A stretch of DNA of 64,000 nt, from contig CAXXFK010000015.1 of the NCBI GenBank assembly GCA_963663965.2, positions 160,001 to 224,000 of the forward strand, written 5' to 3'. Positions 57,336 to 64,000 of this stretch are shown one piece after another; within the stretch, counting starts at the first letter, position 1; the number at the start of each line of letters is the position of its first letter. The notes beneath the pieces were generated by a model that had not been told where the DNA came from, did not search any database, and saw only the letters and a program-made list of their open reading frames with translations. Position numbers and translations under genes: made by a program. The DNA comes from Sedimentisphaerales bacterium (GTDB lineage Bacteria; Planctomycetota; Phycisphaerae; Sedimentisphaerales; SM23-30).

Positions 57336-57941
57336 TTAGTCATTGGGTGTCAAAAAAAAACTGTGAAAACGCCTGACAATAATGAAGAACAAATGAAGGC
57401 AAAATGACAGAAAAAAGAGAGCGAAAAAGATTTTGAGTGTCAAATCGTATTCAAGCTCACAGGCTTCTATGTTTGCCGTTGTCGGAAGGCCGCCCAGTAA
57501 GGCAATGATGGCGATTAAATAATACAACTGCAACACAAACGAGGCGAAGACCCATCCGTTGATTTCTCTCAAATGCTCGCCTTCGCCTTCTGGGGCTATG
57601 ATCCGGGTACGAAGTAAGAATTTCAGTAAAAATATTTTGAACGGTCCCGGTGGCCTTATTCGACCGTTGAAGTATCGATGACGTGAAAGTGCTTTATTTA
57701 TGTCGATTCGGGGCATGTGATATGCCAGAACAAAAAAAAGCTGGATGGAAACAGTGGCGCAGTAAAACACCAGCAAAAAAGTGTTATTGGGTTTTGGGCT
57801 AAAATCAGCGGAAGAGTAGATAATTTTTCCGTCTATGTCATAGACCGGCTCGTAAATGCTTTCTTCCGGTGTAAGAATTGACCATGTGACTAGCATCTGA
57901 AGAATAAACAGGCCATATACCACTCGCATTATGCACCTCAT
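57336..57941 (-). CDS. Four-TM membrane protein (moron-like)
   Basis: Four hydrophobic segments. Confidence 0.65.
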   Translation of the reverse strand: MRCIMRVVYGLFILQMLVTWSILTPEESIYEPVYDIDGKIIYSSADFSPKPNNTFLLVFYCATVSIQLFFVLAYHMPRIDINKALSRHRYFNGRIRPPGPFKIFLLKFLLRTRIIAPEGEGEHLREINGWVFASFVLQLYYLIAIIALLGGLPTTANIEACELEYDLTLKIFFALFFLSFCLHLFFIIVRRFHSFFLTPND

Positions 57942-57996
57942 TTCTTAATGTTCTGTTTTGCGTTCAGTTTAATGATAGCACAAGTTTGCAACTTGG

Positions 57997-58257
57997 TCAA
58001 GTACGTTCTTCAGCGGCTCTTTTAAACTTGTAGCAGGGAGCCAAAGTTGCAATGCCATCGAGTCGGTAAAGTTGCTTGCGGCCAACAATTAACATTCCCT
58101 TCTTCTTGGCTCTGTGTAAGAGGCCCAGAATTGCCTTTCTGGGCTTCCCGGTCAGTTCTACTAGTTCTGTGGTAGTCAGTCCCTCGTCCGAGCCTCCTGT
58201 GGCTTCTTCGAGTTCCTGTAGCCATTCAGCGAGCGTTATTTGAATGTCTTCTTTCAT
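57997..58257 (-). CDS. Small winged-HTH-like protein
   Basis: GLTTTELVELTGKPRKAILGLL; coupled to the upstream gene. Confidence 0.65.
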   Translation of the reverse strand: MKEDIQITLAEWLQELEEATGGSDEGLTTTELVELTGKPRKAILGLLHRAKKKGMLIVGRKQLYRLDGIATLAPCYKFKRAAEERT

Positions 58258-59093
58258 TATGATGCTGTCCTTGTCCTGCTTAGGCGTTTAACAAAGTGTC
58301 TGGTAAATATATCTTCATCCCCACAGCGAATCATCGAGCCGCCAAATTGAGGCCGGGCCTGCCGTGCCCCTGCCACACGATAGACCAGCGGAGTTTTACC
58401 CTGCCAGCCCGGAGTTGTAAAGGAAGTCCCGAAGCCCTTGTAAGTCTGTACCCGAGTTTCAGCGTTACGGTGACGGTGGGAACGCACTACCACATCAGGG
58501 GGCTCCTCGTTCCAGCGTGCAGACTCTATATAAGCCTCAGTAAGTTCTTTCTGGATGGCAGTGGTCTCATAGTGCATCGAGCCAGCCGTGCCAATGTGGT
58601 GCATAATATTCACCAGCCCAAATCCGAGCCTGTACCACAGTTCCCATCGGGCATATTGGCCGGTTTCGTCAGGGATCGCACCCAGTTCCCGGGCCAGCCG
58701 TTCCTCGTCCACACCTGACTTGCCTGCGTGAGCCTCAGTCCCACGGATATGATAATATTGCTCAGACATCTCGACGACAGGCTCAAGGATCGCCTTGGCT
58801 ATTTTGAGTTCATCTTCCCGATTGTCTGAGATGTGGGTTGAGTTGCCGTGGTGTGCCCCGCCATCGAGAGCATCGCCATTGACCACCAACACAAACGGCT
58901 CGTTCTTTGTGGTCCGGGGTACAAAGTCATCCCAGAACTCTTGCCACCAAGAGAATACTTTTTTCTGAAAGGTCGATGGGTGATAAAATCCACCGTCGTC
59001 GAGTTTCGTTGGCTGGTTAGAGTGCAGGCCCATCCTGCACCCACAGTGCAGATCAGATACTACGATCATGTTATTGAATTCGCCTCGCTTCAT
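58257..59093 (-). CDS. Calcineurin-like metallophosphoesterase
   Basis: SDLHCG, NGDALDG, RGTEAH, HH, SHRH. Confidence 0.85.
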   Translation of the reverse strand: MKRGEFNNMIVVSDLHCGCRMGLHSNQPTKLDDGGFYHPSTFQKKVFSWWQEFWDDFVPRTTKNEPFVLVVNGDALDGGAHHGNSTHISDNREDELKIAKAILEPVVEMSEQYYHIRGTEAHAGKSGVDEERLARELGAIPDETGQYARWELWYRLGFGLVNIMHHIGTAGSMHYETTAIQKELTEAYIESARWNEEPPDVVVRSHRHRNAETRVQTYKGFGTSFTTPGWQGKTPLVYRVAGARQARPQFGGSMIRCGDEDIFTRHFVKRLSRTRTAS

Positions 59094-59167
59094 GACTTGT
59101 CCTTTCTTCTGTGTGAAAAAGTTTGGGGGCGAGATCGATCCCGCCCCCTAAAAGACTGTCAAAGCGA

Positions 59168-59638
59168 TTAAGTTGCCAGAGCCGATTGGCCAGCAATCCC
59201 GAGCTTGTATTTCTCGCCAGTCGTGCCGGTGACAGTAATGGTCCCGAGAGCATTAGTGGCCTGCTCGTTGTTTGGATTTGACCACACCATTGCACTTCCC
59301 GGAGGAAAGACCAAGCTGAAGTTATTGCCCGTGTTGAAGTTGGTTATCGCAACGGTCATGCTGGCCGTGGCCGACAGGTTTTCAAAGATCATATACAACA
59401 GGCGTGCCATGGTCTGGCTGGTGCGGTTGAGGGCATCGGTCAGAGAGCCAGCAGGATTAATTGAATTGCTCCCGCTCACAATGGCTTCGCCTTCACCGTC
59501 CGAGCCTGCCTGAACTGCCCACACATCAACGTCATCAGTGTTGGTCGGAATAGTAATATCGTGGCTCAGCTTGGCAGTCATCATGCCAAGCGTCTCCTCA
59601 AACTCAACTTTTGTAACAAGTCTGGTTTTTACACTCAT
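59168..59638 (-). CDS. Hypothetical beta-rich phage protein
   Basis: ORF with RBS AAAGGA; composition typical of virion proteins. Confidence 0.6.
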   Translation of the reverse strand: MSVKTRLVTKVEFEETLGMMTAKLSHDITIPTNTDDVDVWAVQAGSDGEGEAIVSGSNSINPAGSLTDALNRTSQTMARLLYMIFENLSATASMTVAITNFNTGNNFSLVFPPGSAMVWSNPNNEQATNALGTITVTGTTGEKYKLGIAGQSALAT

Positions 59639-59668
59639 TGAAAATAATCCTTTCAAAAAAAATATTAA

Positions 59669-59980
59669 TTACCATTTATTAACCGGGCAATGCTCGGTTT
59701 CGAGTTTTGTTTTAAATTTGGTGTAACAGCCGCATTTGGCACAGCGGCCATTAGCGGTCCAATGTTCACATAACTTACAGATTGTCAGTCTCCTGAGAGA
59801 TTCAAGTTTAGGCACAATTTTTAGTCCAGACTTCAGAATTCTAAGAACAGAGTTCAAAAAATTAAGAAGCTGAGCAATCTTGCTTGGAAACACCTTGCAC
59901 TTCCACTGGCAATAGCCATCTGGAATATGCTTATTGAACTTCTTACAAAAACCACCAATGATGTAGTGTTCACATGTCAT
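59669..59980 (-). CDS. Cys-rich protein with DUF6171-like C-terminus
   Basis: RRLTICKLC...CAKCGC...K...CPVNKW. Confidence 0.7.
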   Translation of the reverse strand: MTCEHYIIGGFCKKFNKHIPDGYCQWKCKVFPSKIAQLLNFLNSVLRILKSGLKIVPKLESLRRLTICKLCEHWTANGRCAKCGCYTKFKTKLETEHCPVNKW

Positions 59981-61503
59981 GCTTCAGATGTCGTAAAATA
60001 TCCCTTGTCGCCATCTTCACGATAGAGCGGGGTATATGTTGAATAATCTCTGGCATCATTACCGCCTGACGTGTACAAAGACACGGTTCGCATATTTTGT
60101 TTATACATCATCAGTCGCCATCCGCCATAATGTCCGCCCTGAGTAAAAAGCGAACTCCTGTCAAGGTTGTATGCCGCCTTCACTGTTATTGTTCCAGTGT
60201 TTGAATTGTAAATGACTCCAATCTCCAGTCTGACGTAGTGCGTATTAGGGTAAGTCAGACAAGTATATATTGGCCCAATGTATTCGTAATGAGCTGTCCC
60301 TGAGTCGCAAGATGTTCTGGTCAAAGTAAATGTGCCTGCATTTTCATAATTAATGTCAGTCGCAAATAAATCTTGACATTCAGTGCAGCATTCAAGATCG
60401 CTACAGTTTTCAATGTTGTCAAATCGAATATCTAGGTAATACGGGAAGTTTGTACATGTGATCGGAGATGAACAACAATTATCGATTGGTAAAGCCGATA
60501 TAGAAGCCGATCCGCTTAGCGATCCTTCGCTACAGGAGCTAGTAATAGATGTTATGTCTAGCGGGTCAGAAATTGAATCCACCCTACCAATAAAAGCAGT
60601 GTTTCCAAGGGAGTAATGGTTGACTATTATGCCAGCCTCCCACTTGCCCTCAATCTTATCAAACTTGTAATAAAGTGATATACTATTCCATGATGAGTTA
60701 TAGATACTACTGCCCTGATCGATAGCAACATACGTCCAAACATGGGCTTCTTCATCAGAGCCCGAATTGCTTGACGTGTGCTGAAGCACAAAAGACTGAT
60801 TACTAAATATAGTATCCGGGTCTGAGGTGTCACAATCCGTGAGAGAGCCAAAGGTAACTGTGATCCTCTTGGTTAAGTCAGGGGCTAAGCTAAAAACTGG
60901 TGGACAAGGCGTACAACAGGTATCCCAAAGGTAGAGAGCCCCCTGATAGGCAACTTTGTACGCCGTAGATTGGCCGCTATCCTCAATTGGAGCCATGGGC
61001 ATATATTGGCCTTCAGCATAACCGCCTTCAAATACAATTGCCGATGCGCTACTTGTAAGGCGAAGCAGATAATTCCAGACGAAATTACCGCTACTCATGG
61101 TCAGCGTCAAGATGGCCGTATAACTCACCCCGTTTATTTCTTCGACAGTTGACCATGTGCAAGTATTCGACTCGTAACCTTGATAATTAAGAGCAAAAGT
61201 GTGGCTGTCAACATTTCTGGTTTCTTGATAGTAATTATTAAGCGGCTCAAGATAAACAGCTTTGGCATATATCACTTTTCCAACAGGCACACCATAGTTT
61301 ACGCAATAGTTACAAGTAGAAGCATCGCAGTCATCAGGAATAGACAAGGCATTGTTGTACATTTTTGCAGGCACTTTTCGTGTGCCCAAATCTACTTTTA
61401 ATTTATTATCCGATGTGTCCATCTTGGCCGGGTACTTTGTGCCATTGATCTCTGCTTTGAGCTTGCCATCGGAGGTGTCTATTTTTAAAGGGTAGTATGT
61501 CAT
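59977..61503 (-). CDS. Cys-rich modular protein, putative tail fibre/receptor-binding protein
   Basis: N-terminal ~21-aa repeats (YPxKxDTSDxKLK); three modules each opened by a Cys cluster. Confidence 0.55.
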   Translation of the reverse strand: MTYYPLKIDTSDGKLKAEINGTKYPAKMDTSDNKLKVDLGTRKVPAKMYNNALSIPDDCDASTCNYCVNYGVPVGKVIYAKAVYLEPLNNYYQETRNVDSHTFALNYQGYESNTCTWSTVEEINGVSYTAILTLTMSSGNFVWNYLLRLTSSASAIVFEGGYAEGQYMPMAPIEDSGQSTAYKVAYQGALYLWDTCCTPCPPVFSLAPDLTKRITVTFGSLTDCDTSDPDTIFSNQSFVLQHTSSNSGSDEEAHVWTYVAIDQGSSIYNSSWNSISLYYKFDKIEGKWEAGIIVNHYSLGNTAFIGRVDSISDPLDITSITSSCSEGSLSGSASISALPIDNCCSSPITCTNFPYYLDIRFDNIENCSDLECCTECQDLFATDINYENAGTFTLTRTSCDSGTAHYEYIGPIYTCLTYPNTHYVRLEIGVIYNSNTGTITVKAAYNLDRSSLFTQGGHYGGWRLMMYKQNMRTVSLYTSGGNDARDYSTYTPLYREDGDKGYFTTSEA

Positions 61504-62438
61504 TATTCGTGTTTCCCCACATGCGTTAAAATGCTTCTGTCCAAAAACCAATCGCCGTTCCAGTAGCGTACATCAACTACCGTTCCTGAAGGGAGGCAGG
61601 GGAAGTATTGGGCAAGGTCAGCATAGTCTCCCGTGGTTACTTTGTCCGGGGTAACATAAACATCAAACTCATCTCCCGTCTCCGACCAAGTTCCACCATA
61701 ACACATCCAGAATTTGACAGACACAACGCCACTGGTTCCGGTTGTTGGCTCCTGCGTCTTCGCCTTGAAAATCGAATTAGGATTTTTGGTATTAAGGTCA
61801 ACTATACACCTCTGCACACCAGTTCCGCCATCTTTCCAGAGAATTCTATGGGCTTCAGGGTGAGGCACGGTCAGAGAGTCAGCCACTTCCACTTCATTTG
61901 GTGGAATTTCGCACCATTCATCGTCAGCGTCAATTATGTCCACCCACAACCATGCCGGACCACAATACACCGCCTTAAACAATGCGCCTACTGCCGCCGC
62001 AACTTCGCCAGCATTACAAAACCAACGACTAGACCCTTGCTGGGCCATGTGGACAGTTATTGGTTTAGCGGACGTTGGAAGCACGACCGATTTAGGGCAC
62101 ATAGTCCAATGATTGGGTATGCGAAAATCTGGCAATTCAGCAAGTTCAGACAACGGAGACTCAACCGGGTCTCCCAAGTAAAAAACAGTTCCCGGCTCTA
62201 CAGCTACATCCCACGTATTTCTGACCAAGACATAATTCTGGTTATCGTTGGCAATCTTGTTGGCACTAGAGAACAAATTGGATGGAGACTGATGCGGCTT
62301 AAAGTCTGGATGAATTCTGAACTGTTCAGCCATGCTTTGTTTACGCTTCTGTTCTCTCAGGTAGTCCAACACTGCCTGAGTGTCCCGGACGGGTTGCGGA
62401 ATTAACGGATCAGTAGTGCTATATGAAGTTAAAGACAT
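61503..62438 (-). CDS. Putative tail-tip/fibre protein; paralog of 62450-63328
   Basis: Shared GPAW..VD, GTG, AKTQ...GVVSVK, YFPxL.xGT.V, DWFL. Confidence 0.6.
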   Translation of the reverse strand: MSLTSYSTTDPLIPQPVRDTQAVLDYLREQKRKQSMAEQFRIHPDFKPHQSPSNLFSSANKIANDNQNYVLVRNTWDVAVEPGTVFYLGDPVESPLSELAELPDFRIPNHWTMCPKSVVLPTSAKPITVHMAQQGSSRWFCNAGEVAAAVGALFKAVYCGPAWLWVDIIDADDEWCEIPPNEVEVADSLTVPHPEAHRILWKDGGTGVQRCIVDLNTKNPNSIFKAKTQEPTTGTSGVVSVKFWMCYGGTWSETGDEFDVYVTPDKVTTGDYADLAQYFPCLPSGTVVDVRYWNGDWFLDRSILTHVGKHE

Positions 62439-62449
62439 TAAAATTCTCC

Positions 62450-63328
62450 TTAGAATTTATCTACATAAGTTAGATCGGGAGACACTAAAAACCAGTCATC
62501 CCCTTGCTGTTCGATACGGACGATTGTGCCTGTGGCCAGATAGGGAAAGTATCTGGCCATGTCAGCCAAATTACCGCTTGTGGTTTTGGATCGAGTGAAG
62601 TAAGCATTGAACGCATCGCCTGATTCTGTCCCATCTGCATCACAGAGTTTTACAGACACAACCCCGGCTGTCTGTCCTTGGTTCTGAGTCTTAGCCAGCG
62701 ACACACTGCCACCGTCAGCCGAGGCTGAGTAGCCCATACGAACCAATGCACTTAACATGCCCGTGCCAGACTCCCTCCACATGATCGGAAACCAACTCTT
62801 ATTGTCGGTGGATTCCAGATAGGTTGAAGAACCGGCGACGGGTTTGGCATAGTTGTGATCCGCATCAGTAACGTCCACATAGGTCCAAGCCGGGCCAGTG
62901 ACCACAGCCACTCCGAAGGCGTTGTTTTCCACTCCGTTCAGGGTAATGACCAGCTTGTAAGCGTCTTTGAGATTGGTTAAATAGTCGGCTATGGTTTCGT
63001 CAGAGGCATCAGATGGGACTATGTCTTCAAACAAGTCAGCGTCCCAGAAGCCATCCGCATAACTAACGCCAGTTGCCGCTGACAGAGTTGAGTTCAGTTC
63101 AATGGGTGAGTCAAGCATTAACAGTGTGCCAGCCTCAATGTAATCGCCTGACGAATTTTTAAATCGTTGGACGGTTACTTGAGGATTAAGCGAAGGCCAA
63201 TACTGACCAGAAACCTTCCCGGATGTTCCGGGGAGGTTACTCTGGTTGACAGTATCAGCTATCCGATTCCAGTCTGAAGCTGAAATCCTGAGCGGATCGC
63301 CTCTTTTGACGTACTTAATGCGAGACAT
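62450..63328 (-). CDS. Putative tail-tip/fibre protein
   Basis: VKRGDPLRISASDWN N-terminus; paralogous to the next gene. Confidence 0.6.
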   Translation of the reverse strand: MSRIKYVKRGDPLRISASDWNRIADTVNQSNLPGTSGKVSGQYWPSLNPQVTVQRFKNSSGDYIEAGTLLMLDSPIELNSTLSAATGVSYADGFWDADLFEDIVPSDASDETIADYLTNLKDAYKLVITLNGVENNAFGVAVVTGPAWTYVDVTDADHNYAKPVAGSSTYLESTDNKSWFPIMWRESGTGMLSALVRMGYSASADGGSVSLAKTQNQGQTAGVVSVKLCDADGTESGDAFNAYFTRSKTTSGNLADMARYFPYLATGTIVRIEQQGDDWFLVSPDLTYVDKF

Positions 63329-63969
63329 TAAATTCCCAGTAAGCTAAAATCGCCTGACTCATAAACGGTTTCAACAAAAACGGCTACCGGGGTCTGAACG
63401 ATACAACCTGCGGTTGCGTCATTGGTCGGCTCATAGCGAACCCATAAATAGTCCCAAGCCTTTTTGTCGATATTAGTGATTGATCCGATGGTCAGAGCGT
63501 TGCCATTGGCCGCTGTCCGGTTTTTTCCAGCCCGGAAGTAAAAGACTACTTCCCACTTAGCCAGATCGGATCGGTAGTTTGCCTCGGCTCCCTCGAACAA
63601 CACTTCTCCCGGATCGAAGTCACGGAACACATCAGCATTGACTGTACCAGTCAGGTCTCGAAGGGTTAATGCTTCGATTGACGTATCGAAATAATGAGTC
63701 TCACTGAACACAAACGCCGGGACCACAGCGTCAACACCCTCAACACCGTTGGGAGTCACGCCAATCGCCCCGCCATAGTCGGGTGCGGTCCAGCCGCTCA
63801 GGGCATAAGAGGCTGTGCTAAGGCTCTGAGTGATTCGTTCAGTTTTTCCGGTTGTGGAGAAAGAGGTTGTGTAGTTGTCTGTGTCCGGGGCATCAGCAGA
63901 ATAGACGCATGTGCCTAGCCAGATTTTGTCTTCTGTGATGACAGAGACAGAATAGGTCTTTCTGATCAT
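63328..63969 (-). CDS. Putative phage tail protein (may start beyond the window)
   Basis: SFSTTGKTERIT, GTVN...F..GEVLFEGA, KKAWDYLWV, DFSLLGI. Confidence 0.6.
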   Translation of the reverse strand: MIRKTYSVSVITEDKIWLGTCVYSADAPDTDNYTTSFSTTGKTERITQSLSTASYALSGWTAPDYGGAIGVTPNGVEGVDAVVPAFVFSETHYFDTSIEALTLRDLTGTVNADVFRDFDPGEVLFEGAEANYRSDLAKWEVVFYFRAGKNRTAANGNALTIGSITNIDKKAWDYLWVRYEPTNDATAGCIVQTPVAVFVETVYESGDFSLLGI

Positions 63970-64000
63970 CCAGCTATATGTCAGGGGTGATTCAGAAGCC

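Larger units (their letters stand above)
55036..64000 (-). mobile_element. Prophage (one end; continues beyond the window)
   Basis: tRNA att fragment, co-oriented tightly packed hypothetical genes, tail-like genes, phage-type phosphoesterase, small-gene clusters; no integrase or capsid in the window. Confidence 0.85.

Overview
Bacterial chromosome segment, most likely a Planctomycetota (Phycisphaerae/Sedimentisphaerales-like) anaerobe. The evidence is a Rhodopirellula-type ECF sigma/FecR pair, a LamG-Ig protein with a dockerin-like tail, an H-X9-DG pseudopilin and a VPAPGA-type PEP-CTERM protein. Layout: (1) 1-11.2 kb, a carbohydrate-utilisation locus interrupted by an IS66. (2) 11.6-14.1 kb, a three-gene IS66. 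(3) 14.2-29.3 kb, a minus-strand polymorphic-toxin island. It holds three classical Rhs orphan/truncated cassettes and three unusual 'mini-Rhs' genes in which a Sec signal peptide is fused directly to the ~40-55 aa Rhs self-cleavage motif plus a toxin domain; two of these toxins resemble Bacillus Tgl transglutaminase. Each has a downstream candidate immunity gene, and a SirB1/transglutaminase-like partner gene is duplicated. (4) 29.57-29.86 kb, an unannotated ~255-nt structured RNA candidate with its own promoter and terminator. (5) 29.9-50 kb, housekeeping/metabolic genes: DeoR, fused E1 and E2 of a 2-oxoacid dehydrogenase, PAS/PocR kinase, PilZ, ACAD-EtfAB, NSS transporter. (6) A GH28-CE12 fusion split by an IS5-like element. 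(7) From ~55.0 kb, the end of a prophage inserted in tRNA-Gly(CCC), with repeated promoter/operator modules driving small genes and Cys-rich tail-like genes. All family assignments come from motif recognition by eye; no database searches were run.
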